A DNA stretch of 64,000 bases, from contig DAIDBH010000014.1 of the NCBI GenBank assembly GCA_027310185.1, positions 160,001-224,000 of the forward strand, given 5' to 3'. The stretch is from Thermoplasmatales archaeon. GTDB lineage: Archaea; Thermoplasmatota; Thermoplasmata; Thermoplasmatales; Thermoplasmataceae. Of this stretch, positions 30,212 to 40,785 are shown piece by piece. The translations under genes were made by a program, and so were the position numbers. Numbering within the stretch: position 1 is the stretch's first letter; each line of letters starts with the position of its first letter. The notes under the pieces were generated by a model. That model worked only from the letters and a program-made list of their open reading frames with translations. It did not search any database and was not told the origin of the DNA.

Positions 30212-30550
30212 CTAATTTCGTGGTACAAGCTGTATTGCTCTCTCTGGACATGCCGTTACACAATCACTGCAGGAGTGGCATCTGTCAATACCCGGTGTGC
30301 GAGCAATCATGTTTCCATGTGCCCTTGCCTTTATGCGGCTGAAAAATCCCAGACCTGCGATTTCATCGGGTGTTCTTGGGGTGACTTCAAATACATCATA
30401 TGGACAGACCTTCACGCACTCACCCTTCGCCTCGCATTTTTCTGGATCAACCATTGGAACGACTCCTGAAGAGTCAGGCTTGCAATGGGTACCATTCATA
30501 AGGACTTTATCACCACTCATTTCCTTTCCATGGCTTTGATGATCGGCCAA
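30212..30550 (-). CDS. Dicluster ferredoxin (probable 3Fe-4S/4Fe-4S)
   Basis: CEAKGECVKVCP and CHSCSDCVTACP; start uncertain. Confidence 0.82.
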   Translation of the reverse strand: MADHQSHGKEMSGDKVLMNGTHCKPDSSGVVPMVDPEKCEAKGECVKVCPYDVFEVTPRTPDEIAGLGFFSRIKARAHGNMIARTPGIDRCHSCSDCVTACPERAIQLVPRN

Positions 30551-31077
30551 TACATAACCTTTAGCATCATTTCATTATACATCAGCAACTTTTACTTTAG
30601 CAGTTAGTGGTGTTGACCCCCACTAATAGTTTTGTCCTTTTTTATCAGATCTAACGAGTGGAAAATAGAGACTTTGCAAGGAAACCAAAAACAAACCTTT
30701 GACCTCATCCCATTGAGTTATGTAATAATCTACTCCTGAACTCTTAAGGATCGCTTCGGAAGATTGAAGGTTAACTTTTTCATTTCAGCTCAAGCTTGTC
30801 GGGCATGAACAGAGTGCGAAAATAAAATTTAAAAACCTGTTAGATTGAAAAACTAGTTCCCTAAGCTTGTTGAGTTGGCAACTTAGCCAATCAGGATTTA
30901 TTGCATATGCCTATGAATTCATCGTTATTTCTATCATACCATATTTATATACTAAGGGCTTAAAATATAGTTATTGAATTAATTCTTAGAAGTACAAACA
31001 CCTTTGGATGTTGTTTAAAAGAGGCCTGTTTTACCTAATTTATGAATTTTATGAAACAAATTTAAGATGGTCAATAG

Positions 31078-31150
31078 TGGGTCTGCCCGGATTTGAACCG
31101 GGGTTTCCAACTCCCGAAGCTGGAAGGATACCAGGCTACCCCACAAACCC
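31078..31150 (-). tRNA. tRNA-Pro(CGG)
   Basis: GGGTTTGTGGGGTAGCCTGGTATCCTTCCAGCTTCGGGAGTTGGAAACCCCGGTTCAAATCCGGGCAGACCCA folds as a cloverleaf. Confidence 0.95.
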
Positions 31151-31196
31151 TTCGTTATTTTCCGTATATTTCATGGTTATATTTAATTTGATCTTA

Positions 31197-32330
31197 TTAT
31201 GAAACAGAAACACTTTGGACTGATTCTCTTTTGTTTATTTTGTTGTTAACTTGAAGTCCTATTTCCATCAATATGACAAGCAAAAGTAATAGCGGAAGAC
31301 CAGTGTTAGGATCCGTTGCAGGGAGTATATAGATACCCATATCCTGGAATAGAACCCATGTGATCCCTGTAAAAACCATGGCAAGTACCAATCCAGCTTT
31401 ATGATATAATATGATCAGTATAGCTGCAGCAAGCATAAGTAGAAACATGAACACGTTGATATAGCTCTCCCTGAATAGCAAATATACATATGTATGATTC
31501 AATATATAATAAACAACGGGATTTTCTCCCTGCTGGTTAATATTCATGTAAATATCGTATGAGAGTTGTCCTTTTGTCCAGAAGGTGTTTCCCGGTACGA
31601 GTTGAAGCACTGCCCCAATGAAGAAAATAACGGATACAGAATATATAAAGTATTTCTGAAGGAAATTTATGTTGTTGAACTTTGCTGAGACGTAAGGCAC
31701 TGCCAGAATAATATAAATGAGTGCTGAACCGGGGAAACCTGTCAAAAGAGATACACCACTCTCCGGTATTCCTCCAAAGCCTTCACCGAATATCCAGATG
31801 ACTATAGCCCAGATGATGGAAATGATGCTGATGTATTTCAGGGCTTTTGCACTCCTGTTTGATAAATATGATGCACCAATAAATATCTGGAGAGCACCAC
31901 TTAAGGCATCAAACTGAAATGGGTGCAGCAGCCATGTATTATATGCTATCATCAAGAATCTCTCAATTCCTGCATTATTAATTGCCTGAATTGATGGACC
32001 GATAACAACTGACAGGAACCCGTAAGGCATCTCAGGTTGAAACTGGAGAACACCATCAACAATCCATAATATACCGAGAACCAGTCTAATTGTGTTAGGT
32101 ATTACGCTTCTTTCTTCCTTCCTGAACATCATGGCTATGATTATTGCAGCAAGAATCCCCAATATGGAATAAATCATGGAATATATGTAAAACCTGCCTA
32201 TTTCACTTTCTGGAATATAGTAAAATTTAAGATCGAATGAGAAAATTGTAATGACCGGTACAATAAGAACGAGAATGAGGAATATAACTAAAAGTTCTTT
32301 TATACTTTTATCTAGCTTAATCTCACTCAT
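31197..32330 (-). CDS. Multi-pass membrane protein with an internal repeat (DoxX-like halves)
   Basis: About 10 TM; GILWIVDGVLQFQP / IFFIGAVLQLVP repeat. Confidence 0.7.
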   Translation of the reverse strand: MSEIKLDKSIKELLVIFLILVLIVPVITIFSFDLKFYYIPESEIGRFYIYSMIYSILGILAAIIIAMMFRKEERSVIPNTIRLVLGILWIVDGVLQFQPEMPYGFLSVVIGPSIQAINNAGIERFLMIAYNTWLLHPFQFDALSGALQIFIGASYLSNRSAKALKYISIISIIWAIVIWIFGEGFGGIPESGVSLLTGFPGSALIYIILAVPYVSAKFNNINFLQKYFIYSVSVIFFIGAVLQLVPGNTFWTKGQLSYDIYMNINQQGENPVVYYILNHTYVYLLFRESYINVFMFLLMLAAAILIILYHKAGLVLAMVFTGITWVLFQDMGIYILPATDPNTGLPLLLLLVILMEIGLQVNNKINKRESVQSVSVS

Positions 32331-32441
32331 GTTTCCTAATAGAACACGTATTTATTATATAGTTACATTATATATCAGGTTGAGACCATATTGGATCTTG
32401 ATCGATTATGATCTGATGTTGAATTAAAAGGATGTGATTTG

Positions 32442-32831
32442 ATGGGATGGCAGGAAGCAGAAGTAAGAGAGTTGAAAGTAGGCAGGTACATGATGGTTGA
32501 TGAAACCCCGTGTAAAATAATGGAAATTAACCTTTCTAAACCAGGGAAACATGGTGAGGCAAAGGCAAGGATCGTTGCTATCGGAATATTTGATAACCAG
32601 AAAAAAAGCGTCGTTTTTCCAGTAAAGCACAAGGTTAAGGTACCCATAATAGAAAAGAAGAATGCACAGGTTCTGAGTGTTGCAAATAATGAGGCACAGC
32701 TCATGGATAGTGAGACTTATGAAACGTTTGTTCTACCACTTGAGCCGGATCAGATAGACAAAGTAAAGGCAGGAACTGAGGTATCATATTGGGAAGCAAT
32801 GGGAACCAGAAGGATCATGCTGCAGAATTAA
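32442..32831 (+). CDS. eif5a: Translation factor aIF-5A
   Basis: Hypusine loop [12 protein letters not shown]. Confidence 0.97.
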   Translation: MGWQEAEVRELKVGRYMMVDETPCKIMEINLSKPGKHGEAKARIVAIGIFDNQKKSVVFPVKHKVKVPIIEKKNAQVLSVANNEAQLMDSETYETFVLPLEPDQIDKVKAGTEVSYWEAMGTRRIMLQN

Positions 32832-33697
32832 GTGCACTTGCATCACTTAAAAGAATAGCTGATGCTATATTTGACTATGAAGATGCAAAGTACGTAATTT
32901 TTGGAGTTCCATTCGATTATACATCTTCCTTCAGGAGAGGATCTTCAAGGGGACCGGCAGAAGTTAGAAGGGCTTATGACAATCTAGAGTCCTTTGACGT
33001 TAATTATGAGGTTGATTTTTCTGAACTTCCAATCTGTGATATAGGTGATATACAGGTAAATGAGGATGCATCTGAAACCGTCGATCTTGTAGAAGAGGTA
33101 ACCTCAATAATTACAAGGGACGGGAAAATCCCGGTAATGATAGGAGGGGAGCACTCCATTACCGGTGGATCTATCAGAAATTTCAGGGATGCGAGCATGG
33201 TGATAATTGATGCCCATTCTGATTTCAGGAATTCATACATGGGAAACAAGCACAATCATGCATGTGTTACCCATAGAGCACTGGATGTTCTTGGAGAAAG
33301 CAGGATATTTTCCTTTGGTACAAGATCAACATCAAGGGAAGAGTTTGAGGATCCAGATTATCATAAAGTGAGATTTGTGTCCGCCGATGAGATCAGGAAG
33401 AAGGGAATTGATGGATGTCTGTCAGAAATTGAAGGCAGATTAAGGGATAAAGTCTATTTTTCCATAGACATGGATGGAATAGACCCTTCCTTCGCACCAG
33501 GTGTGGGAACACCTGAACCTTTTGGGTTAAATGACATTGACGTAAGATACCTCATAAGGAAGCTGGCCAGGAAGATTCATGGATTTGATGTTCTTGAATT
33601 CACGCCGGATTTTGATAATGGAAATACCTCTATGCTTGCAGCCAAATTAATCCAGGACTTTATAGGAAGTAGAGAGACAAAGAAAGAGTTATTTTAA
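32789..33697 (+). CDS. speB: Agmatinase (ureohydrolase)
   Basis: [37 protein letters not shown]; start uncertain, overlaps eif5a. Confidence 0.92.
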   Translation: MGSNGNQKDHAAELSALASLKRIADAIFDYEDAKYVIFGVPFDYTSSFRRGSSRGPAEVRRAYDNLESFDVNYEVDFSELPICDIGDIQVNEDASETVDLVEEVTSIITRDGKIPVMIGGEHSITGGSIRNFRDASMVIIDAHSDFRNSYMGNKHNHACVTHRALDVLGESRIFSFGTRSTSREEFEDPDYHKVRFVSADEIRKKGIDGCLSEIEGRLRDKVYFSIDMDGIDPSFAPGVGTPEPFGLNDIDVRYLIRKLARKIHGFDVLEFTPDFDNGNTSMLAAKLIQDFIGSRETKKELF

Positions 33698-33771
33698 AAG
33701 TCTCTAAACATATAATTTACAGGAATTTAGGGTACTAGAGAAATATGGATATAAAATGAATTTTAAGATCA

Positions 33772-34344
33772 TTATAGTGGGTTTAGATTTTGCCTTTGAA
33801 AATATTGTTTCACGTGTGGTCTGGTGAAATAATACAGGAAAATGATACCCAAGATCGTTCCTACTGGTATGGCTATTAATGCAAGGACAGAAAAGATCAT
33901 TATAAGTATTCTTGCCCATTCCTTTCCGGAAAACAATGAAATAGATGCAATTAGGAAAAGTGCACCAACAATTATTATAGGTACTCCAATAATAGGAAAA
34001 CCAATAGTAAATATATATCCTATTAAAAGTTCAGGTAAGGAACCTAATATACCAAGAATCGCAAGAATAGTTATTCCTGTTGGTCTGTTATCAACCCTTG
34101 GTGTTGAAGAGAATTTAGAACTCCCGCAATTTGAACATACGGTGCTAGAAAGTGTGTTTGCAGTCCCACAGTTCTGACAATATTTTATTCTTTCACCAAT
34201 AGAACCACCAGTTTGCTGGTTTAAATCTACACCAGATGATGATGGAGCAGCATCAAATTGATATCCACATTGGGTACAGATCGTCGCATTATCGTCCATT
34301 ACTGAACTGCAGTTAGGGCATACTTTCATAAGAGTCACATACAA
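33772..34344 (-). CDS. Double zinc-ribbon membrane protein
   Basis: CPNC..CTQC and CQNC..CSNC, then RPTGITILAIL and 3-4 TM. Confidence 0.8.
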   Translation of the reverse strand: MYVTLMKVCPNCSSVMDDNATICTQCGYQFDAAPSSSGVDLNQQTGGSIGERIKYCQNCGTANTLSSTVCSNCGSSKFSSTPRVDNRPTGITILAILGILGSLPELLIGYIFTIGFPIIGVPIIIVGALFLIASISLFSGKEWARILIMIFSVLALIAIPVGTILGIIFLYYFTRPHVKQYFQRQNLNPL

Positions 34345-34406
34345 ACTATATTAATAAAAGCTTTCTTTTAGAAAAATATAATTCGGTGGGTTTAGAATAT
34401 AGAAAA

Positions 34407-34937
34407 TTAAATGCCTATTTTCCCTGCTATATCCTTGCCCTTGGTTATTTCTATTCTGCATGGGGTGGGAAGCTTGATTGATGCTTTGTGAAGGGCTTCC
34501 TTCATTTGTTTTGCCCCTTCAGGAGTTACCCTTGCAACCATTATTATATCATTTGCATGAACCCTTGCAGCGGTACCCACAGGCTTTCCGAAAGCATTTC
34601 TCATTCCACTTGAAATCCTATCAGCTCCAGCGCCGGTAGCCATTTTGTGTTCCCTTATAACGTGATGAGGATATGGCCTGATCTGGAAGTAATAATTATC
34701 CAATCCCAAGGATTCACTAACCTTTCTGTTTATTGATATCCTGGCGGCTTCGAGTGCACTGTGCCTTATCTGGCAGCTTTCCTCGGCTATCATTCTGAAT
34801 TCAATTGGGAAATCTCTTTTCTGGTTCCCATGTGTGAATGTTGTTATTTTTGGATAAGGTACTCCTCCCATAAAGTCTCTTCTTGTATAGGCAGGACCTG
34901 ATATTTTTGTATACATTCTTGCTGGCTTTGTTACCAT
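34407..34937 (-). CDS. rpl10e: 50S ribosomal protein L10e (uL16)
   Basis: QIRHSALEAARI, PHHVIREHKMATGAGADRISSGMRNAFGKPVGTAARV. Confidence 0.97.
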   Translation of the reverse strand: MVTKPARMYTKISGPAYTRRDFMGGVPYPKITTFTHGNQKRDFPIEFRMIAEESCQIRHSALEAARISINRKVSESLGLDNYYFQIRPYPHHVIREHKMATGAGADRISSGMRNAFGKPVGTAARVHANDIIMVARVTPEGAKQMKEALHKASIKLPTPCRIEITKGKDIAGKIGI

Positions 34938-35077
34938 TATAATCTATCTGTAAATACTAAGATGTATAAAAATTAATTGAATCCTTCTGGTTTTTTTGAA
35001 TTTGAAAGATATGCTTAAATCTGTCATTCTCCATTTTTTGGAAAATGGCTATTAATAAATAAATCATTCCGGGAAGA

Positions 35078-36199
35078 ATGCGCCATACATCCTTCTCCAT
35101 AGAAACTCCATATATTTTTTCCATATCAACAATACTTTTTTCCATGGCGTGGTTCTGGTTGAGCTTCACATTCCCCTTAAGATTAGTATCCCTGCATTAT
35201 AACTATTTTCAAATCGGTGCAATTGGTACATCTTCATCCCTTCCATTTATTTTGATTTCTTACCTGTACAGAAAATCCGGTAGAACACATCTCAATATAG
35301 CATTGAAGATTCCATATATTGTTCTTATAGTGGCATCTATCCTGTTATTAATGAGGATAGATGATTCAGGCTCTTATCTTCTCATAATAATTTTTACAGG
35401 ATTGTTCCAGAGCATGTGGTGGATTTCAGCGGAAATAGAGACTGGTTTGCTGGACAGGGATGGAATGGCAGAGAAATATTCCGCTGCATGGTCCATACCA
35501 ACAGGAATATTCCCTCTTTTTTCTGGGGTAATGCTGCAGTATATAGGTTTTTATTCAGTATACCTTTTTGTTCTTGCTGTATCCGTTGTTGGGCTTATTT
35601 TACAGCCAATTGACAGAAAGGAGCGTCCAAAGCGTAAAATAATGATGAAACTAAATTACCGGATGGTTCTCCCCATGTCGTTTTCTGGAATAGGTATGGG
35701 ATTTGTGATCTTTGTAATTGTTCCCATCATAAGAACAGGTAACTATTCCTATCTGCTCATAGGCATACTTCTCACCATATACTGGCTGATGTTTGCAGTT
35801 GGCTCAATTGTCGCAAACTTCTCCAGGATATCAAAGCAGAGGAATTTCACCATAATTTCCAGCCTGCTCTCGGCTTTCCCCTTAATCCTGATGTTTGGAT
35901 TTACTGTTCCATTGCTGATCATTGCCCTGGCAATATCGGGATTTGGAAGTAGCATGGGTTTCTCAAAAATACTCAGTTATATTAATAAAACTGAAAGCCC
36001 AAGAGATGGTGTTTTCTTTTATGAGAGCTTTTTTTCCTTTGGTTTTGTTACAGGGACATTTCTTGGTGGATTTCTTGCTTATTTTGTCAGCTTGACATTA
36101 TCCCTCATTGTGTTCATTCCTGCAATAGTTTTTGCTGTCCTGATGATCGTGACCAAAGACTCAGACCCGGTAATTCCTGTTTCTCCCAACCTTGAATGA
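35078..36199 (+). CDS. MFS-like transporter
   Basis: About 11-12 hydrophobic segments in two bundles. Confidence 0.75.
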   Translation: MRHTSFSIETPYIFSISTILFSMAWFWLSFTFPLRLVSLHYNYFQIGAIGTSSSLPFILISYLYRKSGRTHLNIALKIPYIVLIVASILLLMRIDDSGSYLLIIIFTGLFQSMWWISAEIETGLLDRDGMAEKYSAAWSIPTGIFPLFSGVMLQYIGFYSVYLFVLAVSVVGLILQPIDRKERPKRKIMMKLNYRMVLPMSFSGIGMGFVIFVIVPIIRTGNYSYLLIGILLTIYWLMFAVGSIVANFSRISKQRNFTIISSLLSAFPLILMFGFTVPLLIIALAISGFGSSMGFSKILSYINKTESPRDGVFFYESFFSFGFVTGTFLGGFLAYFVSLTLSLIVFIPAIVFAVLMIVTKDSDPVIPVSPNLE

Positions 36200-37288
36200 C
36201 TGGAATTCAGTTTCTCTTCCAGTCCATATACTCTTGCATTTTTTACATTCCAAATCTCCACTATCTTTAATGTAAAATTCCACAGAGTCACAGTGAGGAC
36301 AGACACCTCTGATAAATAGCTGATCCTTCAGTTCCCTTGAATCTTTAAGCCTGTTTTTTTCATTGAATTGGACCTGATTGGGAGTAGATTTTAGTTCAGA
36401 TATTCCATCCTTAACAGTTCCACCTGAATCATCCCTGCTGTTAGTCTCCGTAACTGCAGGTGTTTTTGCATTGAAGAAGAGACTTGATATAAATCCCAGA
36501 AATGCAAACACAAGTATTAGAATGGGGTAAATAATTCCAGTTACGGGCTTTGCAACAAGTTCTATAGAATTTGAGCCGAAAGTGAGGGTCAGCAGCATGA
36601 TTGCCATTATAAGACCATATCTTTTGACAAAGATGAAAAGAATAAGGAATATCATGAAGAAAAATATTATATCATAACCTGTGAATCCATAGAAAATGTA
36701 AAAGAATACTGAAGCAAGTACTGCCGGTATAACGGTGTAAAAATAGTTATAGACATTCCTTTCTTCACTTCCAGTCATTAGTGCCATAAGAACCGGTCTA
36801 TCTGTATCCTTTTGGATTAATGGTATCATTATTATGGACAGGACACCGATCACCAGGGAAAACATTATTGCAGTTTGTTCATAATATGCAGCCAGTCCAA
36901 AGTTTCCGATTAATTTGTCAAGCCCTGGCACCGATGGTGTGACGGATGAGAGAAGGGATAGCATGAGGAAGAGAAACAGAAATCCCTGTGCAATGGGAAT
37001 TCTTGAAAAATTTCCAGTTTTTGAGGGCTCTGGATCACTCCTTGCCAGGTAATATGCTGTGCTTAAGACGGCAATTAAGATAAATATTAATGTGCTTATC
37101 AGGAAGGTTATTCTTGCATTATGGATCAGGAAGAAAAGCGAATCAATTGCATAGGATGAAAAATGTGGCTCTCCCTTTATTACATAATCTAGATAAAGAA
37201 ACAGCGATGTAAGAATTGTGAGTAAAGCAATTACGGAAGCCAGAAGAATTTCAGTTATATTTATTGCCTTCTTGATTTCCATATTCAA
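36161..37288 (-). CDS. Membrane protein with C-terminal zinc ribbon
   Basis: Multiple TM then CPHC...CKKC. Confidence 0.7.
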   Translation of the reverse strand: MNMEIKKAINITEILLASVIALLTILTSLFLYLDYVIKGEPHFSSYAIDSLFFLIHNARITFLISTLIFILIAVLSTAYYLARSDPEPSKTGNFSRIPIAQGFLFLFLMLSLLSSVTPSVPGLDKLIGNFGLAAYYEQTAIMFSLVIGVLSIIMIPLIQKDTDRPVLMALMTGSEERNVYNYFYTVIPAVLASVFFYIFYGFTGYDIIFFFMIFLILFIFVKRYGLIMAIMLLTLTFGSNSIELVAKPVTGIIYPILILVFAFLGFISSLFFNAKTPAVTETNSRDDSGGTVKDGISELKSTPNQVQFNEKNRLKDSRELKDQLFIRGVCPHCDSVEFYIKDSGDLECKKCKSIWTGRETEFQSFKVGRNRNYRV

Positions 37289-37348
37289 GAATTACGCATT
37301 TGATAATAAATATATCCGCACATTTCCGGCAAGAAATGAAAGAAGAGT

Positions 37349-38086
37349 TTACTCGAGAGACAGGTTAACTCTTGTTCCTACCTTTCCCTTGATCAGGTTT
37401 GTCTTGAGTTTAATCTGACCAACTTCGCTGGAATTCTTTACCAAGGTTCCCATTTCCATCTGGTCCGGCAACCCATTTATTTTGACTATTCTTATCTCAG
37501 GTATATCAGGGACCTTCCCCTTGATTGAGGCCATCAGGGTTTCATTTTTCATGAACTCTTCCTTTGATATGGTGCTATAGGTTGGTTCAACCCCACTCTT
37601 CAGAAGCTGATTCGTCTCAGTTTCCAGCTCTTTTACTATCTCCTCAGATATATCCGGGATTTCAAGATCGATCCAGGCATAATCTTCGTAAGTCTGGTTC
37701 AACCTGTGAGGTGCGGAATATTTTTTGTATGCAAGCCCCGCAAGAATCCTGAGTGCAGTTCTGAATTTCATGTGGTTATATCTTATTGGCCAGTCTACAA
37801 TCTGCTTGATTGTCTTTCCCTTGCTATCACTTGGATATGTATCGTGGGAAATAAGATGTACTCCATCTCCATCGTCCCAGACATCGATTATTTCAAATTC
37901 CTTTCCTTCAATAACTATCTTTCCCTTGTCATTTGGCTGGCCATATGAGGTTGGAAAAAGGATACTGTCATCTACAATAATATCAGTGAACTCATTGAAT
38001 ACTACCTTTCCCTCGCCTTCAACTCTGTATGCATCATCAAGATATCTGTGTACTGTTGGCATGTTCATGGAGATTGCATATTGCAT
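37349..38086 (-). CDS. AlaX-M-like alanyl-tRNA editing paralog with degenerate active site
   Basis: YLDDAY, FPTSYGQPNDKG, VDWPIRYNHMKFRTALRIL (HxxxH lost), IRIVKI, EMGTLV (CGGTHV lost). Confidence 0.8.
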   Translation of the reverse strand: MQYAISMNMPTVHRYLDDAYRVEGEGKVVFNEFTDIIVDDSILFPTSYGQPNDKGKIVIEGKEFEIIDVWDDGDGVHLISHDTYPSDSKGKTIKQIVDWPIRYNHMKFRTALRILAGLAYKKYSAPHRLNQTYEDYAWIDLEIPDISEEIVKELETETNQLLKSGVEPTYSTISKEEFMKNETLMASIKGKVPDIPEIRIVKINGLPDQMEMGTLVKNSSEVGQIKLKTNLIKGKVGTRVNLSLE

Positions 38087-38156
38087 ATATTCTTTCTCAT
38101 TGTAAGAGGGACTTTTTCACACAAATAGGACTTAAATTATTGCAATCAATATATAT

Positions 38157-39458
38157 GTGATAAGTCTTACCAATCGCTTGAGAGACGAAAATCTTCAATT
38201 TATATACAGATTGAAAAGGGAGGGGATAAAGTATGACCTTTCCACCATGAGAGAGTTTGATTTATATTTCGGAAACCCTCATAAAGATTTCAAGAGTGCA
38301 CATATTACAGGTTCGAACGGGAAGGGATCCGTTTCAAACATGATTTTTAATGTCCTTAGACTCAAAGGGAAAACTGGATTGTACACTTCACCTCACCTTG
38401 TTGATTTCAATGAAAGAATATTCCTCCAGGACAGGAGGATAAATGATGGAGAGATAGAACATTACATTGATATTTACAGGGATTACATAAATAAGGGAAA
38501 GAGTAAGAACAGGAACCCAACATTTTTCGAGGTAACCACTGAAATGGCTTTTCAGTTCTTCAAAGACCAGAAAGCGGAATATGCGTCCGTAGAGGTAGGT
38601 CTTGGAGGAAGACTCGACGCGACAAATATTATAACCCCAATTGTTTCCGTCATAACACGAATCAGCTATGAACATACTGACAGGCTTGGGACAACCCTGG
38701 AAGAAATTGCAAGGGAAAAGGGTGGAATAATAAAGCAAGGAATTCCTGTCGTGACTGGAGAGGATAAGGCGGAGCCTGTGAGGGTGATAAAAAGGATCGC
38801 AGAGCTCAGGAATAGTAAATATTTGAACAGTTATGAGTATACCAAGGTTTCAGGCATAAAGGTAAAGGATACAGGATCGAGGATATGGATTACAACGCCA
38901 ACAGAAGAGTATAAAATAGACCTGAACCTCATAGGAAACTTCCAGGTAGACAACGCCAGAACAAGTATAACTGCACTGGAAAGTATTGATGAAAATATAG
39001 GCAGGAAAGATGTTGAAAAGGGATTGTCCAATGCCAGATGGCCCGGCAGGATGGACGTGGTTAGGACAAATCCTCTGGTTATCTTAGATTCAAGTCACAA
39101 TCCATCTGCAGCCCAGACATTATCAAGGTCCATAAGAGAAATATACCATAAGAAGCCACTGCTTGTTGTCGGCATGTTATCAGATAAGGATCATTTTTCC
39201 TACCTTCACAACATATCAACATGTGCAGACGATATTATCCTGACCACTCCAGAGGAACCTGACAGGAAGGTAGATCCTGAAAAATTGAAGCCAATGGCAG
39301 AAAAAACATTCAAAAGCGTCAGGGTAATCCATGATCCCATAGAAGCGTACAGGGAAGCTATAAAGGACTCTGATTTCGTGGTTGTGACTGGATCTATGTA
39401 CCTAGTGGGTGCAATAAGCAGATATCTGGGTGAAGATATGTCACCATTCCGGAAATGA
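38157..39458 (+). CDS. folC: Folylpolyglutamate synthase/dihydrofolate synthase
   Basis: HITGSNGKGS, YTSPHL, TFFE, EVGLGGRLDATN, WPGR, LDSSHNP, TGSMYLVG. Confidence 0.94.
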   Translation: MISLTNRLRDENLQFIYRLKREGIKYDLSTMREFDLYFGNPHKDFKSAHITGSNGKGSVSNMIFNVLRLKGKTGLYTSPHLVDFNERIFLQDRRINDGEIEHYIDIYRDYINKGKSKNRNPTFFEVTTEMAFQFFKDQKAEYASVEVGLGGRLDATNIITPIVSVITRISYEHTDRLGTTLEEIAREKGGIIKQGIPVVTGEDKAEPVRVIKRIAELRNSKYLNSYEYTKVSGIKVKDTGSRIWITTPTEEYKIDLNLIGNFQVDNARTSITALESIDENIGRKDVEKGLSNARWPGRMDVVRTNPLVILDSSHNPSAAQTLSRSIREIYHKKPLLVVGMLSDKDHFSYLHNISTCADDIILTTPEEPDRKVDPEKLKPMAEKTFKSVRVIHDPIEAYREAIKDSDFVVVTGSMYLVGAISRYLGEDMSPFRK

Positions 39459-39543
39459 ATCTACCTGTGATCAGATATGTTATCAGTTTCGTATTAAAAA
39501 TGCTTTTATGGTAGTCTCAATTATGAGGAGTTACGGTGCACTG

Positions 39544-40770
39544 ATGAATCCATTTGACAAATATGAAACTCAAAATATTGCCCTGAAGGGCGATTTATCT
39601 ATACTTTCAGTCATTCATCAACCTGACGAATTTCCCCATAGGGAAAGCCAGATCAACACAATGGTAGCCTCCCTCAGTGGACTTATCAGGGGCTTTTCTG
39701 CCAATAATTTATTGATTTATGGAAAAACAGGGACCGGAAAGACGTCCGTTACAAGGTATGTTACAGGGATGCTTGAAGAGAAGATAGGCGACAGAGTTGC
39801 AACCTGTTATGTGAATTGCCAGACCTATGATTCACCATATTCCATACTTGTAAACCTTTCAAAATGCATCCCCGGAAGCTCAACAATTCCTCCTTCAGGC
39901 TGGACTCTTGACAGGATATATGATGAACTCGTTATCAAAATCCGGGAGAGTGGAAAGATACTCATTCTTGTTCTTGATGAAATAGATAAGCTGGTAGAAA
40001 AGAATGGAGGAGATTCTCTTTACGTTATTTTGAAGCTGATGGGAGAAGACACAGGTGCTGGTGGGACTATTATAGGCATCACCAACGACTCCTCATTTTA
40101 TGAAAGGCTCGACCCCAGGGTCAAGAGCAGAATGAGCAGGGAATCTGTAATGTTTTCACCATACAATGCAGAAGAACTTAAGGATATTCTTTATCCAAGA
40201 GTCACAAAGGTCCTGAATACAGAAAGCTATGAAGAGGCGGCAATCTCACTCTGTGCTGCCATTGGTGCAAGAGAGCACGGTGACGCAAGAAAGGCAATAG
40301 ACCTGATGAGGATTTCCATTGAGATGGCAATAAGGGAAAGTTCGGACAGGGTTAGTGTTAATCACGTCTACAAGGCTAGAGATACACTGGAAATTGATGT
40401 AATCAGGGAAACTGTTAAAACCCAGCCAACGCATTCAAAGATAGTCCTGCTTTCAGTCATTCTATCGGGAGAGAGGCATCCTAATTCAGCAACAACTGGA
40501 GAGGTTTCAAGCTTATATGCAGATCTATGCAGGGATATAGGTATTCAACCACTTACCTCAAGGAGGGTTAGTGACTACATATCAGAACTCGAGGATTTTG
40601 GAATGATCAATACAACTGTGAAGAGTCTAGGCAGGTATGGGAGAACAAGATATATCAAGATTACTGGCAGGGAAAATGACATTAAGAGATTTATCCTGGA
40701 AGATCCTGAACTCGAACCACTTAAGGATATCAGGGGTACCAGGCAGTTCCGACTGGATGAAAATATATAA
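39544..40770 (+). CDS. cdc6: Orc1/Cdc6 replication initiation protein
   Basis: FPHRESQI, Walker A GKTGTGKT, VLDEIDKL, LDPRVKSR, HGDARKAIDL, winged helix GRYGRT; start uncertain. Confidence 0.95.
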   Translation: MNPFDKYETQNIALKGDLSILSVIHQPDEFPHRESQINTMVASLSGLIRGFSANNLLIYGKTGTGKTSVTRYVTGMLEEKIGDRVATCYVNCQTYDSPYSILVNLSKCIPGSSTIPPSGWTLDRIYDELVIKIRESGKILILVLDEIDKLVEKNGGDSLYVILKLMGEDTGAGGTIIGITNDSSFYERLDPRVKSRMSRESVMFSPYNAEELKDILYPRVTKVLNTESYEEAAISLCAAIGAREHGDARKAIDLMRISIEMAIRESSDRVSVNHVYKARDTLEIDVIRETVKTQPTHSKIVLLSVILSGERHPNSATTGEVSSLYADLCRDIGIQPLTSRRVSDYISELEDFGMINTTVKSLGRYGRTRYIKITGRENDIKRFILEDPELEPLKDIRGTRQFRLDENI

Positions 40771-40785
40771 AAATCAGAGTCCAGA

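Noticed and set aside
39459-39543. Replication origin beside cdc6
   Set aside because: The intergenic region is only about 85 bp, with no convincing repeated ORB elements or large AT-rich unwinding region.
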